A stretch of 64,000 nucleotides of DNA from Phallusia mammillata (GCA_965637545.1 OZ281499.1:14074001-14138000); one strand, 5' to 3'. Positions 9,822-21,524 are shown, numbered from the stretch's first letter. Notes: generated by a model from the sequence alone, not told the origin. Program-made: numbers and translations.

Positions 9822-11177
9822 TTACCTCACGCGCGGCAGAATCATTTTTTGTATGTTAATTTCGGCCTTGATTTTGTTCAGCCATTTATCTTCAAAAATA
9901 TCTAAAAGATTGGGTGAAGGCATTTGCACAAACACAACAAAAAAACACAGGTGGATGTGCGGTTTACGCTTTAATATCGCACTATGGTTCTCCGCGTAGT
10001 GGCGCAGTAGCGCAGCTCGGTCATTGTTTGCCGAGCAATCGAACGTTTTCCAAGTGGCGCGATGGGTATTCCACCGTGTGGAGAACTTGTTCTTGGTTTG
10101 ACCAACATATTGCTTGCCACACTTGCGGCAAGTGGCCACATAAATGCCGTAGTTGCGACATGTTAGATTTTGGCAAAGTTGGATACTGCCTGTGGGCGTT
10201 TTTAAAACGGTGGTATGGTACACCATAGTTTGGTGACTACCAAAATTACCACATAGTGCGCATTTTCCGCATGGACTTGAAGAGCCTGTGCCGTTGTCTT
10301 TGCCTGCCTTACCGATGGACAAAACTTTGAAGTTGGATAGAAAGTGTGCCAGTGTGGGTGGCCTTTTGTATGTAATGGAAGCCAAAGGTTCCATAGCTTT
10401 CTCTTTTTGAGTTAATAAAACACAAGCAGGGAATGCCGTAGCCCAAACAATTCGATTTTGAGGTCTATTTTTGTCTTCCGGCCCAAACCTTTCTTTCCAA
10501 CCCTCTGCGATGTGTAGCATGTCTTCCGTCATTCCTTGATGAAAACCAGAGAGCAAGCACTTCTCCCTGAGTCTGTTAAGACTGTTACGGTAATCTTGGT
10601 CTAGTTCGTTTAATCGACGCATGCGAATCGCTTCGCCAAAAACTATCGATTTAAAAACCGACGGCGGGTGGTGGGAATGACCGTTTAGAAAACTACGTCC
10701 TTTTGCAGTTGGTTTGATGTAGTCCCTTGTTATGAAACCTTTAGGTGAACTTTTTGTTGTGATGTGGTTTACGTCAAGAAACTCCAAAGCCTTGCCTTCC
10801 TCCTCAGTTGACACTGCCCTGAACGTAAGTGTCAGCCCGTAGTTTTCAAAACCCTTTTTAAGTGAAGTTTGTACTTGTTTCGTATTTTCGCTCCCGGATG
10901 ATATCCATAATATGTCATCTATGTACCTTTTGAAAAGATGAACACCACATATCACATCCCTGAGTGACTGAACGATGTAGTGGACGGCAATGTTTGCAAC
11001 CGAAACTGAATGGTTGACGCCTGTGACAATGCCGCTAGTTTGCCTATAGTAAGCATCCTTGAACTCAGTCACTACATTACTCAAGCAGAACATAACAAGT
11101 TGAGTGAGTAGATTTCTTCCTTTGACGCTAAAATTGGTATGTGTGCTCAAAGCTGAAGATAACGCTTGCTTTACCAA
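9822..11177 (-). CDS. PLE reverse transcriptase (partial) + Cys-rich linker + GIY-YIG endonuclease, 451 aa, 5'-truncated
   Basis: YRQTSGIVTG, RYIDD, LEFLD, HHPPSVFKSIVFGE, CGKCALC, YGIYVATCRKCGKQYVGQTKNKFSTRW. No internal stop. The N-terminal RT is absent, so this is not a complete gene. Confidence 0.9.
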   Translation of the reverse strand: MVKQALSSALSTHTNFSVKGRNLLTQLVMFCLSNVVTEFKDAYYRQTSGIVTGVNHSVSVANIAVHYIVQSLRDVICGVHLFKRYIDDILWISSGSENTKQVQTSLKKGFENYGLTLTFRAVSTEEEGKALEFLDVNHITTKSSPKGFITRDYIKPTAKGRSFLNGHSHHPPSVFKSIVFGEAIRMRRLNELDQDYRNSLNRLREKCLLSGFHQGMTEDMLHIAEGWKERFGPEDKNRPQNRIVWATAFPACVLLTQKEKAMEPLASITYKRPPTLAHFLSNFKVLSIGKAGKDNGTGSSSPCGKCALCGNFGSHQTMVYHTTVLKTPTGSIQLCQNLTCRNYGIYVATCRKCGKQYVGQTKNKFSTRWNTHRATWKTFDCSANNDRAALLRHYAENHSAILKRKPHIHLCFFVVFVQMPSPNLLDIFEDKWLNKIKAEINIQKMILPRVR

Positions 11178-11179
11178 TT

Positions 11180-11445
11180 CGCGGCGAAGGTTTGGATATA
11201 GGGCTGTTAGAGCTTGTTATAACGGAGTCTCGTTTACTCGATGATTACAGCGTTAAAGACAGGATCACATGGACTCATGAAGAAATACATAGGGGCTTAA
11301 GATTTGTTTGGAACAAACATACGTTAGATTCAGAGGTTCCATTTACAAACAAATGTATGGCACGGCCATGGGCTCTCCTGTGTCAGTGGCCGTTGCCAAC
11401 ATGGTCATGGAGTCTGTGGAGGAACGTGCCTTGCAAACTTTTGTC
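11180..11445 (+). pseudogene. Penelope/Poseidon-type RT fragment (motifs upstream of YxDD)
   Basis: RLLDDYSVKDRITW... [frameshift] CLEQTYVRFRGSIYKQMYGTAMGSPVSVAVANMVMESVEERALQTF. Confidence 0.8.
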
Positions 11446-11449
11446 CGCT

Positions 11450-12200
11450 GCGTTGCGACTGTGGATTCTTTTGGGGTAATGGTAAGAGTGGGGAATTCCT
11501 CTACTTCAATGTCCTCTTGGGGGCAGTCACGGTCTCTGTGGGCAACTTTCGGCAGAGAAAACATTGTATGGGGTGATTGCCATTGCACTAAGAATTTCAG
11601 GCCCTTGCTCTGACATTCTTCGGTATCGGGTTTTCCCCGAGGTCGCTTGTTCTTACTTCGAAGATTCTTTTGCCATTAATTTTTTTATATTACGGATCCC
11701 GCGATTTATAATATTTTCGTACCTCCCTGTGTCGTCGCTCGAGTTGGTATAATATTGGTTCCCACTCAAGCCTGTTTGGTACGTGCTCGATCAGAACATC
11801 GGTAAACTCCGGGTCATGCAGTTTGGCATATTCTACTTCTTTTATGGTATTTATTCTTTCAGCAAGTGCTTTCTCTTTTGATGTACACAGGTAATAATCG
11901 GTTCGGCCATAAAACCTCTCGACGATACCTTCTATTGATTGCAGAGGGAACATTATCTTCTCTAACCATATGTAAATAAGCATCCGGGTTTTCCTGGCGG
12001 GAAATTTCACCCTAACTTCTGTTTCCCGTGAAAAGGATGCAGTGGGCCCTGCTGTGTCTCCGCCCACAACTCTGTTCCTCCCACGCTTCACGGGAGCGAG
12101 CCCTGTCTTGCACTGACAGCAGAAGAAGACGCCACCGATGCCAGAGGAGGAGAGCCGCCTGTGGCCTGCTGCCCAGGGAGACTCATGGAGAAGCCCGCAG
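11450..12200 (-). pseudogene. Degenerate ORF1/gag-like protein with CCHC knuckle (probably L1/Tx1-type non-LTR element)
   Basis: ORF 11690-12091 (133 aa) followed by CFLCRK [1-nt shift] VAHRDRDCP, which gives C-x2-C-x4-H-x4-C. Family assignment is inference. Confidence 0.5.
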
Positions 12201-12599
12201 GGGCATACCCCATGTTGTAATCAAAATATGACCCTCGACATTAAAAGGCGGGGTAACCACGCCACTTTTAGTTTGTGGTGCGACACATACCTTTGAGGGT
12301 AAAAATCCAATGCTTTTTTTATTGTAGTATGGCATTGTAGGCATTTGATTTGATGTTGGACAGTTTTTCGTGTGTAAAATTTTCATTTCTTGTTTGTGCC
12401 GTTCTATTGTTTCCGAATGCACTAAGTTTAGACATTTCTCGGGAATCAAATCAAACTGACTGTCTTTATTTACTCTTTTGAAGACTTGACCTTAATACAC
12501 TTTTGAAAACTTGGCCTTCGCCTCTTAATTTTTGCTATAAAATTTTTGAAAATCTTTTTTTAAAATAAAAACTCAATACAGTAGTTGTTATGAAATATA

Positions 12600-12672
12600 T
12601 TTTTATTTGGTCGGCATCTGAGTAGGCCTTTTTCTTGGTCAATTGACTGTAACGACAACTTCGCCCACTGTG
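12600..12672 (-). mobile_element. Single Transib/Chapaev-like terminus (CACAGTG)
   Basis: Minus strand begins CACAGTGGGCGAAGTTGTCG at 12672. No partner end or transposase seen. Confidence 0.3.
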
Positions 12673-13729
12673 CCATAGGCATAGCATAACGTTTCCATTG
12701 ACTAAAGAACAAGTATTCTCACATTTCTCACGAATACATTTTTCCTCTTCGCGCTGATTTGTTACAAAATTTGTGATGATATTGATTAGATCTGGAAACG
12801 ATTTGCTTTTCCAGTTAGATGCAGATTTTAGAACGTAAATATTTGATTCGGAGTTGTTGTTTGTTCATTGGGGCACATTTTTTCACAAGTGTGCGCTGCG
12901 CAAAAGGTCGAACTTGTCTAGAAGAGTTGATTCAAGCGTCGCACGCTATTGCTAGCAAATCGTAGCATCATGTATTCGGCATGGACTGTTGCCAAACTAA
13001 AACTTGAGTTGTACAAAAGAGGTGCAAAAGCAACGGGTAAAAAGGCTGAATTGATAAACAGGTAATGTATTGATTCATTAAGAATAGTTTATTAATTTAC
13101 CAAAGTGAGTGAGCCATTTTCTTTATAGTGCTTAGAATTAGGTGTGTGCTGCAAATGATTTAATTTCTTAATTTACTCTTTTTGTCCATAATGAGGTTTA
13201 TTTTTAGCACCAAAAATTTATCCAGATAGAGTTAAGTTTGCTACAAACATGTTTTGGTAGGGGATCACAGTGCATGAAAGGTTGAGATTTGAGAACCACT
13301 GACCAAAGTGCTAAATGTGTTGAATGTTCCTGAGATTAACATTTTCATATTGGTTTTATCATTAGGAAATAGTTATATGTAAAGGCATCAAGCTCATAAA
13401 TAATAAGCTGCAGACAGTGTGCACTGTTTCAACCTATTAGGGTTTTATAAGTGCAGCTGGTGACAAGACAGCCTAACGGCACACAGCTTGGGAGTAACAG
13501 GCTAAAAAGCCATTCCTCACCTGTTTGTTTTAGCCAAATGAAAAACAAAACAAATTCTCTGATGTTTATATCTGTTGCTATCTGCAAATCTGCTTTTATA
13601 AGTTCAGTCAGCCATCACAGGCATGCGAGTTTTTCTCTCTTTAATTGCTAATTTTGAAAATACACAAACAAACAAACAAAAGACCTCATTAATCAAAAAC
13701 ACCTTTTCCAAAGAATCGCTTGACAACCT

Positions 13730-14090
13730 CAGTGTCAAGTTATAATTATGACGTAGTGTCAACCGTGTCAAGTCTTATCCTATTTAAGAACACTTATCTT
13801 CATAGAAATCTAATACAGTGTCAAACGAAAAAACAATCATGGGGTTCTACCACAATGCAGTGTAACACACGACGGAAAAAAGGCAGAAGATTTCTGCTGT
13901 TTGCATTTTCTGCCCTGTTCAGCAAAGCAAGTTATAGTTTTGATGTAGCGTCAACCGTGTCAAGACGATCTTAAGCAGTGTCAAGTCAATGTTAAGCAGT
14001 GTCAACCGTGACAAGCAGTGTCAACCGTGACAAGCAGTGTCAAGTCAGTGTCAAGCGGTGTCAAGTCACTGTCAACTGTCAAGAGTCAAT
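13730..14090 (+). repeat. Dense array of GTGTCAA/GTGACAA heptamers (likely subterminal repeats of a hAT-like MITE at ~13440-14106)
   Basis: More than ten GTGTCAA-like units, e.g. GCAGTGTCAACCGTGACAA in tandem. Bracketed by TAGGGTT (13440) and CAACCCTC (14100). Confidence 0.65.
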
Positions 14091-14729
14091 TTTTGGTCAC
14101 AACCCTCACTCCAAAAAATAGCTGTGTTATGTGTCTATCTCATACTTATCATTTATTTATCAGGTATCTAAAACTGAGGCAAAGTTAATTGAAAGGAGGG
14201 ACTGTCATGCAAAGTGTCACATTCAACGTGAGTGGCGGCTAACAGCTTCACGATTTGGAGATTAAATTAATTCAACTGTTTGAAGGGATATGAGCAAGCT
14301 CTGCACTTCAATGTATTCCACTGCAAACATTCAATCAAATGCCATTATTCATGGAAAGACCAATAAGTCCATTGGTTTATCAAAGTTTTCTGAAGATTCA
14401 GGAATTGCAGTTCTTCCTTGTGGTCTTGTCTTATCCCTATTTAGCTGCAACACCTGATGGTTTAGGTCAGGGTTGTCCAAAGCCTGGCCCGCGACCTCCT
14501 TCAATGCGGCCCGCCGCCTCTTCTAGAAAACTTTTAAAAATTACCGTATATCCTCGCATATAAGCCGACCCTAGAAAAACAACCTTAAAATGGTAAATTT
14601 ATAAAAATCCGCATATAAGTGACATAACAACCAAGTATGAAGACAATGGTAAAGAGGCATTGTTATTGTTTATTACGTAACTTAAATTTCTGCCTCGTAC
14701 GTCTTATGCTAGTTTTCAACAGTTTAGCC

Positions 14730-15677
14730 CAGGGGCGGGCAACTTCTCCAGTCGGCGGGCCTGATATGGGAAAATGAAGTACTTGGCGGGCCGGATCCCT
14801 GAAGCGATACATTAATCGCGTATTTATCCAGTGATTTAAAACGGATTTTTGACCACCTAAACCAGGGGTGGGGAACCTTTTCGTTTATAAAAGCTACCTA
14901 ACGATTTATCGACACTCGTGTAGGCCGCATAGACTATTTCCCAGGCCAAGGGCAGTGATGTTCAAACTTTTTGACTTACACAATGGTCGTTTTGCTATTT
15001 CCTCGTAGTTTGTAGGACTTACGGTCCCAGCTAATTAAAATTCCTCACTACATTTTCATCTTCACTACAACATTCAGGATTTATTTAACCTAGAAATTGC
15101 TGAACCTGGAGTTTTTGGTAGTCCTAACTATGGAAATCGCTTTATGTACCACTATGGGACCACATGGGTCTTGTTTGAACACATGGGTTTTGCCCTGGAA
15201 CTAATCAAAAAATAATCTGCAATAAAGTCAAAAATACGTTTCTGTCTATTTTTTTCAGCGCCTGGTGCAGTCGGTTATATCAACATCTTAAAAATGTATT
15301 TTGCCATCGAAGGCCGCACTTAGTGCCCTGAAAGACCGCATGTGGCCTTTAGGCCGCAGGTCCCCCACCCCTGCCTGAACTAGGCTATACGTGTGGAAAC
15401 AAAGAAAACCGTTAAAGTAGGACACACACGGTTGGTAGTTATGTCGTAACAATGGACGTATGGTGCAATGGTAACAACGGCGGGAAATTTTTTTGCTATT
15501 GGGGAGCGTTACTGTGCGTTACAACTGTAATTTGACGTAGTAAGCAAGTAATGGGGGATTGCGGCAGACTGTGGCCGCGGGCCACATTATCATGTAAGAC
15601 CGGAAACTGTCCGCGGGCCGCTCAAAATCCCGTCGCGGGCCGGATCCGGCCCGCGGGCCGTATGTTGCCCACCCCTG
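14730..15677. mobile_element. hAT MITE nested in the 5' region of the 14468-18017 element
   Basis: TIR CAGGGG(C/T)GGGCAAC, 8-bp TSD GTTTAGCC (14722-14729, 15678-15685). Confidence 0.9.
14863..15373. mobile_element. hAT MITE nested inside the 14730-15677 MITE
   Basis: TIR CAGGGGTGGGGA. Flanks CCTAAAC / CCTGAAC (imperfect TSD). Confidence 0.75.
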
Positions 15678-15886
15678 GTTTAGCCCAACCCTAACCGGTA
15701 CAATGTAGCCTTTGAAAATGAGAAAAGTTTATCTCGAAACGTCAGGCATTTCTAAATAAAATGTTTTCTGCAATATTGGCTGTGTGCTTTATGCTGAGAA
15801 TATTCTTTATAATTTCAGTTTTACTTAATCCTCCATTACATTCTGTTTTATTCTTTCTTTTCAGACTTAGTGCCACATTTTTTACG

Positions 15887-17668
15887 ATGGCTCAGAAAAG
15901 AAAAATCTCTGATGAAAAACGTAAATTCAAGGATAGTTGGGAATTGAGATTCCTGGTGAAAGAACAAAGTGGTCGAGTTTTATGTTTAATTTGTAATGAA
16001 ATGATATCTGTTATGAAAGAGTACAATGTACAACGACACTACAGCACTCTTCATGTCACTGGCTATGATAAATACACTGGTGAGGCGCGGCGAGCCCTAC
16101 TCAATGATCTCAAATCAAACCTGCGTAAGCGCCAAGAAAACATGTTTCAATTAGTGAAGCCTTTGTCTTCTACAACCATTGCTTCTTATGATGTATCACT
16201 TTTGATGGCTAAATCCAAAAAGGCATTCTCTGACGGTGATCTCATTAAGCGATGTGCAATACCTATGGGAAAGGCCATGGGCTTTAACGATGCAGCTCGT
16301 GGGTTTGAAAAAATTCCACTCTCGCATCAAACTGTTGCTAGACGTGTTGAAGAGCTTAGCAATTTCGTTCAGGAGAAGGTCATGAATCAAATTCAGCAGT
16401 GTGTTTATTTTTCTCTCGCTCTTGATGAAAGCACAGATATAAGGGATGTCAGCCAGTTGCTTGTCTTTATTAGAAGTATTGACTCACAGTTTAATGTCAG
16501 TGAGGAGTTACTCGGCTTACTCCCACTTTTTACCACTACGAAAGGATCTGATATTTATGAAGCGCTGAATTCTTTAGTGAGCAAGTATGGTGGATTTCAG
16601 AAATGCTCTTGCATCGTTACAGATGGTGCCAAATCAATGACTGGAGCTAAAAGAGGGGTTATAGGGTACTTGAGAGATGCTGGAGTCGACTGCCCAATGC
16701 TTCATTGCATTATTCATCAAGAATCGTTATCTAGTCGCTGTATACGTTTATCTGATGTGATGCAGCATGTAATGAAAATTATTAATTTCATTAGAGGCGG
16801 TAATAAAGCGCTGAGACATCGTCTATTTGTTGATTTCTTGAAAGATTTGGATACAGAATTTTCTGACGTTTCACTCCATTCTACTGTTCGTTGGCTTAGT
16901 GCTGGGAAATGTTTGCAGCAGTTCTTCAGTCTGCGTAATGAGATTCTAAACTTTTTAGAAGAACTGAATGCAGACACTGATGGGTTTAAAGGTTTATTGC
17001 AAGACGTCAACTTTCTGAAAGGTCTAGCATTTTTCACGGATATTACTCAGCATCTGAATAAGCTCAATTTAAGTTTACAGGGTAGGAATCAAACAATTGC
17101 TTCTCTGTATGGTTTCATAGATGGCTTCCGCAAAAAATTATGTCTCTTCAAAAGTAATCTGCAAAGTAACATTCTGATTCACTTTCCAAGTTGTGACGTT
17201 ATTTCTAAAGAAATAGAGGACAATAACTTCTGCTGCTTTGTTGAAACTCTTGATACCCTGATTGAAGACTTCAACAAGCGATTTCAAGATTTCCGGCACC
17301 TTGAGAAAAACTTCAATGTATTCAATGCTCCGCTGACTATAACTATATCAGAAGCCGATGACGATTTGCAGCTTGAATTGTGTGACTTGCAAAGTGACCA
17401 GTTTTTATTAAGCAAAGCTACACTGCCAATCACTCAATTTTGGCCTCTTCTTTCTGAAGAGCATTATCCTAATTTACGCCGTTTTGGATTGCACTTGCTG
17501 TCAATGTTTGGCAGTACCTACCTTTGTGAAGCAGCATTTTCCGCAATGAAGTCGATTAAATCCAAAGAGAGGAATCTACTTAAACAAACATCTCTCGAAG
17601 CCTCCCTTCGTTTAGCCTTAACCTCAGTTGAGCTGGCTTCCAAAATACAGGCACACCCATCTCACTGA
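15887..17668 (+). CDS. hAT transposase, GTF2IRD2/SPIN-like, 593 aa, apparently intact
   Basis: MAQKRKISDEKRKFKDSWE, BED-like CLIC...RHYSTLH, LALDESTD (D1), VTDGA (D2), HCIIHQE, VRWLS, FGSTYLCEAAFS (E). No stops. The ATG at 15887 is preferred over 15761. Confidence 0.93.
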   Translation: MAQKRKISDEKRKFKDSWELRFLVKEQSGRVLCLICNEMISVMKEYNVQRHYSTLHVTGYDKYTGEARRALLNDLKSNLRKRQENMFQLVKPLSSTTIASYDVSLLMAKSKKAFSDGDLIKRCAIPMGKAMGFNDAARGFEKIPLSHQTVARRVEELSNFVQEKVMNQIQQCVYFSLALDESTDIRDVSQLLVFIRSIDSQFNVSEELLGLLPLFTTTKGSDIYEALNSLVSKYGGFQKCSCIVTDGAKSMTGAKRGVIGYLRDAGVDCPMLHCIIHQESLSSRCIRLSDVMQHVMKIINFIRGGNKALRHRLFVDFLKDLDTEFSDVSLHSTVRWLSAGKCLQQFFSLRNEILNFLEELNADTDGFKGLLQDVNFLKGLAFFTDITQHLNKLNLSLQGRNQTIASLYGFIDGFRKKLCLFKSNLQSNILIHFPSCDVISKEIEDNNFCCFVETLDTLIEDFNKRFQDFRHLEKNFNVFNAPLTITISEADDDLQLELCDLQSDQFLLSKATLPITQFWPLLSEEHYPNLRRFGLHLLSMFGSTYLCEAAFSAMKSIKSKERNLLKQTSLEASLRLALTSVELASKIQAHPSH

Positions 17669-18711
17669 ATTTTAAGTAAACTGTACCGTTTTACGTACTT
17701 CCTTAAATATTTTTTACGAATAAATTTATGGTTTATTCTTATTCATACTTGTCAGTTATTTTTAAGGTTTCCTGGTCTACTGACGTTGCTCAAAATTTCC
17801 AAAACTCTCTTATTCGTAGTATTCACATCTTAGCTTCTTTAATCTATTCCCCAATATGTTTTTATGATAAATATAAAGATTCATTTACACATGTACGTGT
17901 TTTACTTTACATCTGGTACGGTGAGACAGTGTATAAGAGGAAAAATGTCAACTGCGGCCCGCGATCTAATTTCCTTGCCGAATGCGTCCCGCGTCCCATA
18001 AAGTTTGGACAACCCTGGTTTAGGTTATGATTAGCATTGTTGAAATTAAATGTCCATATAATGGCCGCAACTCTAAGATGGAAGCAAACAGTTGCTTTCC
18101 ATTTTTGGAAGCCAGTTTTGGTGTCCTTCAGTTTAAAACAAGCCACAAATACTGTAAACAAGTTCAGGGTCAAGTTGCGATATGTATATATTGTTATTTT
18201 ATTGTGTATACATATTGTGATATGTTTGTGCAAAAACCTAGAAGGGTGGCTTAGCACATATTGCCCTTGCATGTACACTGTAAACTATTTGAAAAAAGTA
18301 ATATATTATTTCATATTGGGTCCCATATCACACACACTGTCTTTTATAACATTAGTTGTTCAGTAGGCAGAAACTCATGGGTCCCCATAGATACAAAGTT
18401 GTAAATCAGGGGTCTCAAACTTCCTTGAGGGTCAAAAATTTTTTTTAAGTTAGTCGAGGGCCGCACTTTTGGAACGTTTGTTCGAGTAATAACAACAAAA
18501 ATATTATGTGCTTGAAAACATTTTTATGTGACAAACAGTGTAGCAAAGTGAAAGAACCAACTATACTTTACTCTAACTATACGCGAAAACAATGGCCACC
18601 TGAGTTAAACACTTATATTTTAAAAGTTGGTTCGCGGGCCGCACAAAAACCCTTGGAGGGCCGCAATAATGCATTTCAAGAAATAACCATGTAAAAGTTT
18701 GGTATTATAAG

Positions 18712-21524
18712 TAGGGTTGGCCCGATACCAATATTTTGAACCGATACCGATACCCGATATTTTACCCCAAAAGTACTGCGATCCGATACCCGATACTTTA
18801 CAAACAAGCAAAAACATTTTCAAACTGATGTATTTGTAATGTGTTTTCCCATCACAGTTAATTTAACAACACACTCAGTCTAATAAATCACTTAAACAAA
18901 ACACACCATTTTAGTCTTAGCACCAAGAAACAACACTAAACTACTGGCACTAAACATTTTTTTACAGTAATCAGAAATTGAAATGAGTAATCTGTTATCA
19001 TTTCACACATTGTGCTTGATGACAATAAGTTTGTTTACATTTTCTGGTGACAAACGGTTTCTTAAAGGAGACACAATATTACCAGCAACAGAAAATAATC
19101 GCTCACAAGCAACACTACTGGATGGCAGGCCTAAAAAACATTTTGCTAAATCAAATAATGCAGGAAAATTTGCTTTGTTAAGCTTCCAAAATTCACAAAC
19201 ACTTTCCCCAGTATCCACAACTGGAGACCGAAGGTAGGAATATAAACTTCATTGCTACTGTCCCTGTCCTCTGTGTTTGACAAGTTAAGGTTACTCCACA
19301 AACTAGTTATGTTGCTTTTGTGGACATTTGAATTTTCTTTTTGCTGGGCAGGTTCCTCATCAGAAGATGACTGGTCCTCATTTATTTCTGTACATGTAAA
19401 TATTGCTTGGCCCCTTTTCCTCCTTTTGATTGCTTGTTGAAGCAGTGTTCTACCAACATCTTTCATCAAATCATTGAAAGGTCTATCCTTAAATCTAAAC
19501 AAACAAACAGTGTGAGAAAACTTTTAATCAAAAGTTTAATGCAAAAACATACCGAGGGTCCAAAAATGTGACCATAATTAGCTGTTTATCAAATCCCTGA
19601 ATTCTACGTTCAATGTCCTGTGAACAAACATAACATGAGTTCAATACACATACTTAACTGCTACCACAAACCTACCGCTAATATTGTCCTCTTCATCGTT
19701 TCAATTCCTGGCATGCTAAGCATTTCCAGTTGTTTTGAAACAGCCATCACTGTTGGAAAAATTTCAGAGGCAAAACCATCTTCTTTGCTCACTTGCTCAG
19801 TTGCAGTTTTGAATGGCCCAAGAAGTTCTATTAACTTTGTGATTTGTACCCAATCACCAGCTCTTATGTCACAAGGCAGGTCAAATTCAGATGCATACTG
19901 AACCAAAGAAACTTTGAGTCTCTGGAAGCGCTGAAAAGATTTCGACACTTGGTCACAACTTTTACATGCTGCAAAACGTCTTACCTCCAACATTGCCAGA
20001 GTGGAATTCCAGCGTGTATTATTGTCAATCACAAGTTTGAGTGGAATTGTTCCACTGCACTCTTGAAACTTTTTGAAATTGGAACTTGCCAATGTGGAAT
20101 GGTGGAAGTGCCCACTTATCCGACGTAATTTCGCCAATAAATCCTTAACTACTTTCTGGGAGTCCAACCCTTTTGATACAATTAGATTTAATACATGGGC
20201 TGAGCAACTGAAGTTTGCAATTTCCAATTTTCTAAATAAAAACTGATTGTTAAGGCCTTATAAACCCAATAACATAGTCTAGTCTTCCCTACTTAGCTGC
20301 AGACACCATATTACTGGCACCATCTCTTAATATCGCACAAACTTTTCCATCAATTTTCCATTCAACAAAAATATCTTTTAAGGCATTGGAAATCGCCTCT
20401 CCTGTGTGACTGCCTGGAAAACCTACAGCACCAATAACTTTGTTTTGTCTCACAAAATCCTCATCAATCCAATGCAATGTTACACCAAGATAGCCTTCTG
20501 TCTAAAAAATTTGATGTAACAAGAATTAAATCCATATCAAATAAACTAACTCAAAGGTATGCTTACTTGACATGAACTCCAAATATCTGTGGTCACAGAC
20601 ACACTATGTACATTAAATAAACTTTTCTCAATTTTTGTTTTAATTTCTGTGTATAAACCAGGCACCAAAACAAAGGAAATCTTGGCGCTTTGGCAGTTGA
20701 AAACGTGGACAAGCAACTTGACAAAATTTTTTGAAACCTTCATGTTCAACTATGCTGAATGGTTGCATATCCTTGCATATCATTGTGCACAAACTTCTTT
20801 CTAACTGTTGGTGTTTTGGGCTGTCTTTGGCCAGCCTTCCAAGTTTCGAAAGAGAACATCTTATGTCTGCTTGATTTTTATTCCCAACTGTTTGGTTTCC
20901 AACCTGACTGACTTCTGCTGCTCTCATAGACAGAAAAATGTCTCTATGCCTACACTGAAGATGTTTTAGCTGGTTGGAAGTGGACCATGACCTAGAACTA
21001 TTACCACCACGGGCAAGAATTGCACCACAATGATTGCATGTGCATTTAGACAAATCAGTTTCGGACTTCATAAAATGATCCCACACAGCACTTTGATTTT
21101 TGCAAGCCATTTTTACAAGTTCACCTAAAGGCATAGAAAATAACATGTCACTGATAACACTGGAAATGTCTAAATACACTTGGATGGAAATGTGTAAATA
21201 CACTAAACTTAGTGCGTTGTGACGCTTGCTCGCAATTAACGCGGGCCTAAAAAACGTGTTGCGGCATTAAGTCGCTGTAGCGAATAAGGTCATCTTATTT
21301 CATTAAATCCAAAACGAACGCGTTTTTTAAATGTAGTCCCATAAATATTTTATCACAGCCGATGGTTGTTTTTTTTGCCTCCTTTCATTTTCAATTTTAC
21401 ACATAATAAAGTCTCAAAAAAAGTATCGGTACTTGTACTGATACCGCTAAAGTATCGGACGAGTACCGATACTGCTCGAAGCATCGGGTATCGGCGCCGA
21501 TACAGTACTATCGGGCCATCCCTA
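18712..21524 (-). mobile_element. hAT element (Ac/ZBED1/ZBED4-like), full termini
   Basis: TIR TAGGG(T/A)TGGCCCGATA, 8-bp TSD ATTATAAG (18704-18711, 21525-21532), subterminal CCGATAC arrays at both ends. Confidence 0.95.
19003..21110 (-). pseudogene. ZBED-type hAT transposase, multi-exon, frameshifted
   Basis: BED finger SAVWDHF...CNHC...KHLQCRH, SVTTDIWSS, LRDGASNM, CSAHVLNL, TRWNST, PSSSVACERLFSVAG...RNRL. Deletion/frameshift after RFQLPK. Confidence 0.85.

Larger units (their letters stand above)
9456..11177 (-). mobile_element. Penelope-like retroelement (Neptune-type), 5'-truncated
   Basis: Uninterrupted RT-GIY-YIG frame followed by ~360 bp of 3' UTR containing a hammerhead motif. Confidence 0.9.
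14468..18017 (+). mobile_element. Full-length hAT element (GTF2IRD2/EPM2AIP1/SPIN-like, Charlie group)
   Basis: 14-bp perfect TIR CAGGGTTGTCCAAA, 8-bp TSD GTTTAGGT (14460-14467, 18018-18025), intact transposase ORF. Confidence 0.95.
12970..18254 (+). pseudogene. SAP-domain + YqaJ-like (lambda-exonuclease family) gene, transposon-borne (ISL2EU/KolobokE-type accessory gene), split by a hAT
   Basis: Exon MYSAWTVAKLKLELYKRGAKATGKKAELIN|gt (SAP). Then WRLTASRFG, AIIHG, PCGLV, PYLAATPDGL up to 14467, resuming after 18025 as IVEIKCPY...HKYCKQVQGQVAI. Frameshifts present. Confidence 0.75.

Noticed and set aside
9914-10228. Plus-strand ORFs opposite PLE, hAT, Harbinger and Gypsy genes (also 3225-3491, 16717-17037, 45418-45639, 63244-63474)
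   Set aside because: Antisense shadows of recognised transposon coding regions.
15761-15886. Hydrophobic 42-aa N-terminal extension on the hAT transposase
   Set aside because: T-rich sequence ending in a TTTTCAG acceptor at 15864 looks intronic; family similarity begins at the ATG at 15887.
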